16,629 bases of DNA from Tubiluchus corallicola (GCA_030141605.1 JAQGDQ010002505.1:1-16629), one strand, 5' to 3'. Numbered from the stretch's first letter, positions 1 to 8,162 are shown. Made by a program: numbers and translations. The notes: generated by a model from the sequence alone, not told the origin.

Positions 1-1104
1 TTGTAGGGTATTGCTTCTATCTTGGAAAGGTTTGTTGAGTACACTAAAAAACAGTTCGTTAAGGTCGTTATAGTCTTGTATCTTTTTTGTGTTGAAAAAT
101 GAATATGCTGTGTCTCCCTTATGGTAAGAAAGTAGTTGAGCCTCTAAGAGTTTGAGAAACAATACACGGTTTACCCACGTTATAGTAAGTTGTAGGGCTA
201 TGGTATAGGTTTGCTCTTTGGGAGTGTCTCCGTATTCTTTGAGATTGAACCCAGAGGAATAGGGGTCGTTTTCTAATTGACTTATTGCATTTTCCAGTAG
301 TGAGCCGTCTTGTCTATTATTCTCTATTCTACGTATCAGGGTTTTGCCTTTGTCAGTGTATTCCTCCAAACCCATTAAGTAAAGTAGCTCCTCGTAAAAT
401 TCTTTGTTGATGGTATTAGCATCGGTGGGTAAGTCCTTTTTGAGTAAAAAGTAAGGAGAAAGTATTTTGTAAAGTGTATCGGGGTTGGGGTCGTTTATAT
501 TGAAGTGGGTAAAGGTAATTTCTTTATCAGTGTTCTCTACAAAGGTTTGTGCTATTTCTTTATAAAAATAATCGGTGTTTTTGCTTGTTTTTTGTCCCTT
601 CTCAAATTCTTTGAAGTCTTTAAGTAATTTCGTATCTCTGTAAAATAGCTTGTCAAACTCTAAGGCATCAATAATGTAAAAGTTGATATAGTCTGTTATG
701 ATAAAGTTTTTTAGGTTTTGGCTACCTTCTTTTTTGTGCCTTTCTCTAAGGTAGTAGAGTATAAGCTCGTGTAGGGCTTTGGTATTTAGGTTGTCGGGGG
801 TAGGCATCTCCCTACTATCAGGTTTTTTAGTCTCTATCATTACCTCTACAGAACTTTTAGCCTTGTTACTATGTATGACAAGGTCGGTGCGTTTGTAGGT
901 GTTAATATGGTTGTTTTGGTAGAAAGTAGTATCTAAAAAATTGGTAAGAATGTTTTTGTTGTGTTCCTCCGTTTCTTTGGGGTTGATACTGTCTTTAAAG
1001 GTGTTTAATGCAGTGGTGAAGTTTTGTAAGTCTTCTTTGGGTATAGGTAGCTTTGATAGCTTGCCTTTTAAACTGTCGTCTATGTTTTTAGGGTTATGTT
1101 GCAT
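1..1104 (-). CDS. Type IIG restriction-modification enzyme (fused endonuclease-methyltransferase), N-terminal 368 aa; runs off the left edge
   Basis: Not in the ORF track because it is open at the edge. ATG at 1104 gives MQHNPKNIDDSLKGKLSKLPIPKEDLQNF..., with a PD-(D/E)xK-like RTDLVI...VMIETKKP, then NLNTKALHELILYYLRER and TITWVNRVLFLKLLEAQL...DLNELFFSVLN. I recognise these from Cj0031/Eco57I-like Type IIG enzymes. The methyltransferase motifs would lie outside the window. Confidence 0.8.
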   Translation of the reverse strand, partial: MQHNPKNIDDSLKGKLSKLPIPKEDLQNFTTALNTFKDSINPKETEEHNKNILTNFLDTTFYQNNHINTYKRTDLVIHSNKAKSSVEVMIETKKPDSREMPTPDNLNTKALHELILYYLRERHKKEGSQNLKNFIITDYINFYIIDALEFDKLFYRDTKLLKDFKEFEKGQKTSKNTDYFYKEIAQTFVENTDKEITFTHFNINDPNPDTLYKILSPYFLLKKDLPTDANTINKEFYEELLYLMGLEEYTDKGKTLIRRIENNRQDGSLLENAISQLENDPYSSGFNLKEYGDTPKEQTYTIALQLTITWVNRVLFLKLLEAQLLSYHKGDTAYSFFNTKKIQDYNDLNELFFSVLNKPFQDRSNTLQ

Positions 1105-1158
1105 TTAAGAAACAAGATAATAAATTTTGGGTAAAAATAATATAAAATCCTTACATAT

Positions 1159-1380
1159 TTATTCCTTTTTTACCCTTTTGTATAGTTGTAATAAGTATTG
1201 AGTATCAGGGGTAAAAAGTTGTGTTACTTCCTCCGTGTTTAAGTGGTAGTTTTTTATTAAATAAGCCATTATAAGACCTTGTAATGGCTGGGTAGATATA
1301 CAATGTTCCTGTAGTTTCAATACAAGTTCTAAACTATCTACAATAGTATCTATACGGTTTACTTCTTTATTTAGGTTCAT
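1159..1380 (-). CDS. Small hypothetical protein (73 aa)
   Basis: ATG-initiated ORF, co-oriented with and 21 bp downstream of 1402..1620; no recognisable motif. Confidence 0.55.
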   Translation of the reverse strand: MNLNKEVNRIDTIVDSLELVLKLQEHCISTQPLQGLIMAYLIKNYHLNTEEVTQLFTPDTQYLLQLYKRVKKE

Positions 1381-1401
1381 AACTAATTAAGATTTTAGGG
1401 T

Positions 1402-1620
1402 TTATTGTTTCTTTTTGTTTGCTTCTATATCTTTTAAGATTTGTTTTGTAAGAAGGGTAGCAAGGTTGTCTATATGTAGTTTGTAAATATCTTTGAGTTG
1501 GTTAAGGTATTTTTGTGTATTAGCATCTTGGGAGAGGTTAATACAGTGGTTAAGCTCTTCAATCTGCACATATAGAAATTTAATGAAAGGGTGAGCGGGT
1601 GGGGTATGTTCTTTTTTCAT
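1402..1620 (-). CDS. Small hypothetical protein (72 aa, probably helical)
   Basis: ATG-initiated ORF directly downstream of the structured leader at 1625-1811. Confidence 0.55.
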   Translation of the reverse strand: MKKEHTPPAHPFIKFLYVQIEELNHCINLSQDANTQKYLNQLKDIYKLHIDNLATLLTKQILKDIEANKKKQ

Positions 1621-1692
1621 AAGTAGAGTATGTTTTAATTTACTCTCCCCAGTTCCAAAGAAGGTAATAGTTTAAAGTATAGACAAAAAATA

Positions 1693-1811
1693 AGCAAGGA
1701 ACTGTAACTTATCCGTTTTAGAGGCTCTGAGAAGCCTTGCATCCAAATAAATACAGCCCTTGCTATACTTACTATTCTTGGATGCTTAAAAATTTCTCAG
1801 ATTTCTAAAAC
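1693..1811 (-). promoter_or_regulatory. Structured RNA leader with two interleaved inverted repeats
   Basis: Arm A (1693-1714) pairs with A' (1747-1764); arm B (1715-1746) pairs with B' (1778-1811). On the minus strand the A'/A stem is followed by UAUUUUUU. Confidence 0.6.
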
Positions 1812-2001
1812 AAGAATATAAGCTATTGCTTATTATGTTATTTTAAATGATGTTAATAGTGTTGTGTTAATTCATATAGTTAGTTTTAAGTTGTGTTGTT
1901 TGTTTAGTTTTCTTATTTGACTTCTTTTATAATCTTACTATGTAATAGCAATTAAATTGTAACTACGGAGGGAGAATATAATACTCTAAAAGTATAGAAT
2001 A

Positions 2002-2124
2002 TTAATGTTTTGATTGTATATGTTTAGGGCTATTTTGTGTTTTAAAATAATTATAGACAATACCTATAATAACTCCAAAAAATGCTATACACATTATAAT
2101 TAACCCTATTGATTTTGCATCCAT
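2002..2124 (-). CDS. 40-aa single-TM microprotein, copy 1
   Basis: MDAKSIGLIIMCIAFFGVIIGIVYNYFKTQNSPKHIQSKH*; overlaps the end of 2106..2327 and has an intact paralog at 2361..2486. Confidence 0.65.
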   Translation of the reverse strand: MDAKSIGLIIMCIAFFGVIIGIVYNYFKTQNSPKHIQSKH

Positions 2125-2327
2125 AACTTAAATAGTTTTGCAGAATTTATAAATAAAAATATACTAAAAATTAAAAATAACGAAGTCCCTGCCCAAAAAG
2201 ATATGTTATAAAATAAACCTTGCTTACTATAAATAGTCATCAAACCACCACAAATACCCATTAAAAGAATTATCAAAAGACTAAGGGTAGTAGTTAAAAC
2301 CTTTACTTTATTATCTTCTGTTGCCAT
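2106..2327 (-). CDS. 73-aa two-TM membrane protein, copy 1
   Basis: Two hydrophobic segments; the paralog at 2465..2687 shares CGGLMTIY and KLFKLW. Confidence 0.7.
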   Translation of the reverse strand: MATEDNKVKVLTTTLSLLIILLMGICGGLMTIYSKQGLFYNISFWAGTSLFLIFSIFLFINSAKLFKLWMQNQ

Positions 2328-2360
2328 AAATAAATATCTTAATTCAAGATACTACAAATA

Positions 2361-2486
2361 TTAGTGTTTTGATTGTATATGTTTAGGGCTATTTTGTGTT
2401 TTTAAATAATTGTAGGCAATAGTCACAAGTATGCTAAGAAATGCTATACTCATTATAATTAACCCTATAAACTTGATGTTTTCCAT
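2361..2486 (-). CDS. 41-aa single-TM microprotein, copy 2
   Basis: MENIKFIGLIIMSIAFLSILVTIAYNYLKTQNSPKHIQSKH*; same C-terminal tail as 2002..2124. Confidence 0.65.
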   Translation of the reverse strand: MENIKFIGLIIMSIAFLSILVTIAYNYLKTQNSPKHIQSKH

Positions 2487-2687
2487 AGTTTAAACAATTT
2501 TATAACAGTTATTATTATAAATATACAAATACCAAAGAATATTAAGAAACCTACAATAAAAGAATAGTTATAAAATATATCTTCTTTTTCATAAATTGTC
2601 ATCAAACCACCACAAAGGGCAATTAACAGAATAGTATATAATTGTAGATAGGTGTTGAGGTTCTTTTATTTTGTCTTTGGCATTCAT
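2465..2687 (-). pseudogene. Two-TM membrane protein, copy 2, with a +1 frameshift near the N-terminus
   Basis: MNAKDKIK, then in the shifted frame NLNTYLQLYTILLIALCGGLMTIYEKEDIFYNYSFIVGFLIFFGICIFIIITVIKLFKLWKTSSL*. Length 223 nt = 3n+1. A TATATTTG promoter-like box lies just upstream (2692-2699). Confidence 0.65.
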
Positions 2688-2724
2688 AATACAAATATAA
2701 TCAATTTACAGTTAAATATAACTA

Positions 2725-3948
2725 TTAAAATAATCTAAGATGATGAGTTAAGTCTCCTACCCTCCGTTTTCTATTGTTGAGTTTGTTGAAATACTGGTTA
2801 CGTATATTGTGGGCTATTTCTAACATTTGAATATCTAAGGGTTTTGTTCTCCAATGTGGTTTTAGGTAGTTTCTCTCTAAATGTTTGTAGGCGTGTCTAT
2901 CTTGTTTGTATAGTTGTTTGAGTGTGGTTACATAAACAAAACTACTCCCCTCTTTTTGGTGTGAAATATCTATACCAGTAACTTGGCAATACTTCACCTG
3001 TTTTAACTCTATATATAAGGGGTTAATTTGGGTGAAGTTGTTATTTTCAAACTTGGTTAATTCCTGTAATGTTTGGGTATCGTTTTTAAGTAATTGATTA
3101 CATTTTTTTTCTATTAAAGATAAGGTTTCTGTATGGTAGGTATTTTGACTGTATTTGCGTCTTAGTTTTTTAAATCTTTTTACTCTACTTTTGTAAGTAT
3201 TTGAGTTGAGTTCCTTTTTTTGTTTTGTCCATTCTTTGGGGTTTTTAAAGTCTCTAATGGTGTTTTGTTCTCTTTGTGGTATATTGTCTATATTAAGGGT
3301 ATCAGTATCATCATACATTACAACGTCTTCGAAGGCATCTAATAAAATAATGGTTAATTCCTGTAATGTTTTAGTCTTGGTAAGGTCTGTAAGGGTTGCT
3401 ATGCCCACCTTTTTTAGATGCTCCATTTTAATAGTTTTTACTTCATACCTAAGTATAGGCTTGGGTTGTTTATATTGACTTCCTTTGTCATATAGTTTGA
3501 GGTAGTAACGTTGTGATTTGAATTCTAAAAAATATTTTTTGTCTTTGTCTTTTATGGGTTCTTTGCCTTTGTAGTTGATAATACTATCTAAAAGTTGTTT
3601 AGTAGATATATGGGGAGTTATGTTTACTCCAAACTCTATACTTTTTATTTCACAATCTTTGAGGGGTAGGTTAAATTCTGTAGAAAAGTTATTTAAGGTG
3701 TTTTGAAGGTTGTTAAAAGTAAAATCGTTGTAATTGTGTTTTCCATTGTTAAAATACTTGTGTAGGCTTCCTTTGATAATAATATGTTTATTGTTAGGGT
3801 TAAAATCAAATTCTAATCCTTTGTATTTAGCAGTTTCTTTAGTTTCTCCTGTGTATGTGTGTGTTTCTAAGGTAATTGATTTCTCTAAAATCTTTAATAG
3901 ACTTTTTTCGTGTTTTTTAGATAGATATATTTTGATAAAGTCTATCAT
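2725..3948 (-). CDS. Phage/plasmid replication initiator-like protein (probable Rep_trans / gene II-X-related)
   Basis: Motifs KGSLHKYFN, EFGVNI, LKLYDKG and LRYEVK, plus its position after xis in an integrative element; extra C-terminal domain beginning CQVTGIDISHQK. Confidence 0.65.
   Translation of the reverse strand: MIDFIKIYLSKKHEKSLLKILEKSITLETHTYTGETKETAKYKGLEFDFNPNNKHIIIKGSLHKYFNNGKHNYNDFTFNNLQNTLNNFSTEFNLPLKDCEIKSIEFGVNITPHISTKQLLDSIINYKGKEPIKDKDKKYFLEFKSQRYYLKLYDKGSQYKQPKPILRYEVKTIKMEHLKKVGIATLTDLTKTKTLQELTIILLDAFEDVVMYDDTDTLNIDNIPQREQNTIRDFKNPKEWTKQKKELNSNTYKSRVKRFKKLRRKYSQNTYHTETLSLIEKKCNQLLKNDTQTLQELTKFENNNFTQINPLYIELKQVKYCQVTGIDISHQKEGSSFVYVTTLKQLYKQDRHAYKHLERNYLKPHWRTKPLDIQMLEIAHNIRNQYFNKLNNRKRRVGDLTHHLRLF
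3054..3371. repeat. Exact 21-bp direct repeat inside rep (3054-3074 and 3351-3371)
   Basis: TGGTTAATTCCTGTAATGTTT occurs twice and encodes TLQELT both times; the GGTTAATT core recurs at 3021-3028. Confidence 0.8.
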
Positions 3949-3961
3949 TTTGCTATCTTTG
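3931..3961 (+). promoter_or_regulatory. Bacteroidota sigma-A-type promoter, antisense to the xis-rep transcript
   Basis: TTTG (3931-3934), 19 nt, TATCTTTG (3954-3961): matches the TTTG-N19-21-TAnnTTTG consensus. Confidence 0.6.
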
Positions 3962-3964
3962 TAG

Positions 3965-4009
3965 TGTTGTAAATTTATAGGGGTTGCCTGTATGGGTAGC
4001 TCCTTTTTT
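3965..4009 (+). ncRNA. Predicted ~45-nt counter-transcribed small RNA
   Basis: Lies between the promoter at 3931-3961 and an intrinsic terminator at 3979-4009, within the xis-rep intergenic gap. Confidence 0.5.
3979..4009 (+). terminator. Intrinsic terminator hairpin
   Basis: AGGGGTTGCCT-GTAT-GGGTAGCTCCT followed by a T run; its G-U pairs work only on the + strand RNA. Confidence 0.65.
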
Positions 4010-4012
4010 CAT

Positions 4013-4342
4013 TTACTTACCTTGTATTATTCTCTCCTCCGTTTCACTTGCTAACTCTTCTATAGTTTTTTGCCTTCCTTCGTTCATATACCTATCTAAC
4101 TCTACTCTATTAAAGTAAAGTCGTTTGCCTTTCTTAACACAGGGTATTGTACGTTGGGAGGCTTTAATGCGGAGGGTTGCTAAGGGTATAGAGGTATAAA
4201 CGGAGGCTTCTTTTACTCCTAACCAACCATTATTAACAGTATCACCAGTTAAATTGTGGGCTTCTAAACAGGCTTTTACACAATCTACTATTAGTCCTGT
4301 TAATTCGTTTTTGGGTAGTGAAATAAATACTTGCTCTTGCAT
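4013..4342 (-). CDS. Helix-turn-helix excisionase-like protein (HTH_17 type)
   Basis: WLGVKEASVYTSIPLATLR...IPCVKKGKRLYFNRVELDRYM. Probable start is MQEQVF at 4342 rather than the TTG at 4372. Confidence 0.85.
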   Translation of the reverse strand: MQEQVFISLPKNELTGLIVDCVKACLEAHNLTGDTVNNGWLGVKEASVYTSIPLATLRIKASQRTIPCVKKGKRLYFNRVELDRYMNEGRQKTIEELASETEERIIQGK

Positions 4343-4443
4343 ATCGTTTTCTTTTTGATATTTACAAGGCAAATAAAAGAAAGGTTATTTTTCTTTTTTT
4401 CCATTTGGAAGATGTGGAAGATAAAAAATAGAATTTTTATGAA

Positions 4444-5317
4444 TTATTTTTTAATGTAAGCTAAGAATTTGATTTTATAATCATTATAAATACGAGTTCC
4501 TTTATTTCTTAACGTTCTATCTGTAATATTAAGATTAGATATTTTATTATTAATAAGTTCTACCATTACCTTTTTAGGAAGTTCTTTAATTTTAAGCTCA
4601 TCTATTAATACTTGTATGTAAGCTGTTATTATACTTTTAGTTTTAATGTTCTCCTTTTATATATTCTCCCTTACTATTAACAATAGGTGGTTTTACTTGT
4701 TTTAGTACTTCAAAATAATGGTTAGCCTCTTCTTTACTTTCAAATAAGTCTTCAAAGGTTTGAGGGTAGTTTTTTTGGGGGGTAGTTTTTTTTAGTTTTT
4801 TTTCCCTTTGCTCTAAAAAAGACTTATAATCATCAAAATAAATAGAGTATTCAACTGCAATTATTCCCTTTTCCTTTTCCTTTAAACCATTGTTACTTTC
4901 TATTAACTCTAATTTTATAAACTTTCTTTCTGTTTGTCTATCATTTAATTGAGGTCGTGGGTTCTTTTTTTCATATTCTTTGATTATCTTTTTACAGTAT
5001 TCAGGGTTCTCTTCCTTTTTACGTTGCTCTCTACTCTTTTTTTGATATTCAGGAGAAAGAGAAGTGCCTAATAGTTGATTTGAATGTAAGGAAACAGGCT
5101 TTATGTTTGCAAATTCTTTTTCTTTATCTTTGGCTAATACCTTTTCTCTATTTTCTATTATTGCTTTGCGTTTGTGGTTATCTAATAGTTCTTTTAATTG
5201 TTCTTGTTTATAATTTTCTAATCTTTTTTGATAGAAAGGCTCTATATTATCAGAGGAAAAACCAGAGAAATATATAGACAAATGTGTATTTATGATAGAA
5301 GCATCTGTAAAGTCCAT
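4444..5317 (-). pseudogene. Hypothetical protein between int and xis, apparently frameshifted near 4645-4660
   Basis: ORF 4643..5317 stops at KGEH*, but the shifted frame continues about 70 codons (KTKSIITAYIQVLIDELKIKELPKKVMVELINNKISNLNITDRTLRNKGTRIYNDYKIKFLAYIKK*) to 4444; total 874 nt = 3n+1. Confidence 0.55.
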
Positions 5318-5327
5318 TTTTTCAAAA

Positions 5328-6557
5328 TTAGAAATTGATTAAAGTTTTAGCTACTTCTTTTTTAGCCTCATCCTCAAAGCTATCTAAATAGTTTTGTGTA
5401 GTAGCTATATTAGAGTGTCCCAGTGCCTCGCTTATGTAAGATACATTCATACCACTATTTTTTAATACAGTAGCAAAGGAGTGTCGGGCTGTGTAGGTTG
5501 ATATATTGCCTTCTATTCCTACTTTGGAGGCTATACGTTTTATATACTTGTTTACTTGCTTGGTAAATTGTTTTATCTTTTTTTGCTCCTCTTCTGCACT
5601 TATTCCATTGCTTAAAATATTAAAGATAAAAGTATCGGGGTGCGGAGGTTTTGCTCCCCAACGGGCTATAATTTCTTTTTGTCTATCTTGTAAAGGAAAT
5701 GAAATAGGTTTTGCTCCTCTATTAGTGTTTATTGTTTTTGCTCTTGTAAACCTTATAAAATCGTTGTCTATATCTTGGTATTTGAGTAAACAAATATCTT
5801 TCATATTTATTCCATTGCCTAAATAGGAAAATACCCATATATCTAAATAATATTGCTCTTGGCTACCTTTGGGGGCTTGGTAGTTGTAAAGTTCTTTTAT
5901 TTCTTTTATACTTAGTGCCTTTTTTATGTTTTGTGATTGTGGTATAGTGTATTTGTCTCTTCCAAAGGGGTATAACTTGTGTTTGATATTACCTTGTGAA
6001 ATAGATAGGTTAAATAGCCTTTTTAAACAACGGAGGTAAATACCTATGGTTGTAGAAGACTTACCACTGTCATACATATACCTTTCATACTTTTGTAAAA
6101 ACTTTACATTCACTTTGTCAAAAGTCAATGTTCCTTTACCCCAAAACTCTTTTATAGAACGTAAAGAACATTCATAGGTTGAGGCTGTGCCTATTTGCTT
6201 GTTTTCTTTTAATAGGGTTATTTGATTTTCAAATAGACTAAATACATTAGTAGGGTTAGTTAGTTTGGAGTAGAAACGGGCTTTGAACTCATCAAAAGAA
6301 AAGATAGGTATGTTTGATATTACTTTTTCTGCTCGTTTTTCTATTTCTGCTAATTGTAGGCTATATTCTTTTAATTCGCCTCGTGGTCGTGGAGACTTTA
6401 TTTTTTCAAAGTCGTTTTCTGTAAATGAAAAGGGGGTTTTGTAGGTTCTGTTATTCCTATCAAAGATTACTCTTAATTTAACGGGGATAGTTCCATCTTT
6501 TTTTTTGCAGTGTTTACGGGGGTCTAAGATGGTTTGAACGGATATATTATCATTCAT
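5328..6557 (-). CDS. Tyrosine recombinase / integrase (Bacteroidota type with arm-binding, SAM-like and catalytic domains)
   Basis: KKDGTIPVKLRV N-terminus; RAKT, YTARHSFAT, LGHSNIATTQNYL; adjacent to the tRNA att fragment. Confidence 0.93.
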   Translation of the reverse strand: MNDNISVQTILDPRKHCKKKDGTIPVKLRVIFDRNNRTYKTPFSFTENDFEKIKSPRPRGELKEYSLQLAEIEKRAEKVISNIPIFSFDEFKARFYSKLTNPTNVFSLFENQITLLKENKQIGTASTYECSLRSIKEFWGKGTLTFDKVNVKFLQKYERYMYDSGKSSTTIGIYLRCLKRLFNLSISQGNIKHKLYPFGRDKYTIPQSQNIKKALSIKEIKELYNYQAPKGSQEQYYLDIWVFSYLGNGINMKDICLLKYQDIDNDFIRFTRAKTINTNRGAKPISFPLQDRQKEIIARWGAKPPHPDTFIFNILSNGISAEEEQKKIKQFTKQVNKYIKRIASKVGIEGNISTYTARHSFATVLKNSGMNVSYISEALGHSNIATTQNYLDSFEDEAKKEVAKTLINF

Positions 6558-6595
6558 TTTTGTTGTAAATTTTGTGTGTTGTAAATATTATCTTA

Positions 6596-6603
6596 CAAAT
6601 ATA
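6596..6603 (-). promoter_or_regulatory. -7 promoter box for int
   Basis: TATATTTG on the minus strand, 38 nt upstream of the int ATG. Confidence 0.5.
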
Positions 6604-6744
6604 ATCAATTAAAAAAATTACACAACAAATTACCCAACAATTTTAAAGAAAAACCATAAACAATAAAATAGTATATTTGCAAAACACTTGTAAATAAAGG
6701 GATTTGAGCAACAACAACAAACAACGAAAACAATATAGTTATGA

Positions 6745-6787
6745 CTTACAAGCAGGGGGTCGTAGGTTCGAATCCTACATCGCCCAC
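6745..6787 (+). other. att site: 3' half of tRNA-Val(TAC), not a complete tRNA
   Basis: CTTACAAGCAGGGGGTCGTAGGTTCGAATCCTACATCGCCCAC contains the anticodon loop (TAC), T arm GTAGG-TTCGAAT-CCTAC and the 3' acceptor strand. The upstream DNA has no D arm or 5' acceptor strand. Confidence 0.88.
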
Positions 6788-6846
6788 TTTTCACCTCTTC
6801 AACATTTTAATCAATTTTAACGAAACATTCAAAAACATTAAACTTT

Positions 6847-6881
6847 AGAGAGTTTTGACACATCAAAGCTCTCTTTTTTTT
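6847..6881 (+). terminator. Intrinsic terminator downstream of the tRNA 3' end
   Basis: AGAGAGTTTTGA-CACA-TCAAAGCTCTCT followed by a T run. Confidence 0.75.
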
Positions 6882-6949
6882 AACATTCAATTAAAAGAGT
6901 TTAAAGGAAAAATAACCACTGTATCATATTTGTAAAAAAATATGATACT

Positions 6950-8162
6950 ATGGCAGTCAATTTCAACCCAAAAGAACCCAGTAGTAAACAACCTACACTT
7001 ATTATTATGCATATCTGGTTTGAAGGAAAACGTATCACTGTATCTACTGGAGAACACATCTTGCCTAAATATTGGAACAAAAGAAAATTAAGAGCCAAAG
7101 AAGTAATGGAATACCCGAGAGGCAAAACACTCAACCAATACCTTGATAAGATAGACGCACAATTTGAGAATATGCTACTCAATCTAAAACTCAATCACAA
7201 AAATCTCACCCCTACATTAATAAAAGAGCAGTGGAAGAAACTTACAGGTAAAAAACAAAACACGCGAAACGATACCTTCATAACTTTCTTTGAAAAGTGG
7301 GTGCAAGAGAAAATAGAAAAAAGCGGGTATGAACTTGGGAAAGGAACACAAACAACACTACTTAAAATAAAAACATTTTTCAATATAGTAGGCGAAAAAG
7401 ATTTTGAAGATATAGACTATAATTTCTATAGAAAGTTCCTCTCTTGGTTAGAATCAAAAGACTACTCTGCAAATTACATACATAACCAAATTAAAAACCT
7501 CAAAGCCTGTCTTAATGAAACCGTAAAACAAGGAATAAACAAAAATCTTGACTTTAGAAAGTTTAAAAAATCAATGGAATAAGTAGATAATATATACCTT
7601 ACACAAACAGAAATATATAAACTTTATAGCTTGGAGAACCTAAAAAGATACATTGCTAATGCACGGGACTTGTTTATATTAGGGTGCTGCACTGGTTTAA
7701 GATACTCCGACTTTTCACAACTCAATGAGGATAATTTATATAATGATGGTAAGATGTTTAAGGTGAAGACTCAAAAAAACAGGGCAGGTAGTCGTAATAC
7801 CTATACACAATTACGTAAAAGAGATAATGCAAAAAGAAATGCCACGTACTATTATGAACCAAAAACTCAACGTATATCTTAAAGAACTGGGTAAGTTGGC
7901 AGGTATTAATGATACAATACTGCATACCCGCACCGAAGGAGGCAGGAAGATAACCCGAAAGTTTCAAAAATGGGAACGCATCACCACACACACAGCACGG
8001 AGGTCGTTTGCCACTAATTTATATAAAGAGACTAAAAATATAAGTTACGTATCGCAAATCTTAAGACACTCTAAAATAGAACAAACGCAAAAGTACCTCA
8101 AGCTATCCGCAGAAGAAACAGCAGAGATGGTAGCAGGTGCAGAGTTCTTTAAAGGTATGTAA
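6950..8162 (+). pseudogene. Second tyrosine integrase, inactivated
   Basis: ORFs 6950..7582, 7631..7882 and 7827..8162 join into one gene. There is an in-frame TAA at 7580-7582 (ME*VDNIYLT) and an extra A in the A7 run at 7773-7779 (removing it restores KTQKTGQVVVIPIH). Catalytic motifs GLRYSD, HTARRSFATN and LRHSKIEQTQKYL are present. Confidence 0.9.

Larger units (their letters stand above)
1..6787 (-). mobile_element. Integrative element inserted at tRNA-Val(TAC); right end visible, left end outside the window
   Basis: int - hypothetical - xis - rep module followed by cargo, all on the minus strand and ending at a 3' tRNA fragment about 190 bp upstream of the int start. Confidence 0.8.

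Noticed and set aside
4406-4422. TGGAAGAT direct repeat upstream of xis
   Set aside because: Could be an operator, but two 8-mers are too little evidence.
3206-5826. + strand ORFs 3206..3478, 3734..3964, 5080..5277 and 5506..5826
   Set aside because: Antisense shadows of rep, the hypothetical gene and int, with no motifs of their own.
6700-6790. Complete tRNA-Val gene
   Set aside because: The 5' acceptor strand, D arm and 5' anticodon stem are absent; only the 3' half is present.
6901-7991. Minus-strand ORFs 6901..7194, 7195..7383 and 7758..7991, and treating the three + strand ORFs as separate genes
   Set aside because: The minus-strand ORFs are shadows; the + strand ORFs are pieces of one broken integrase.
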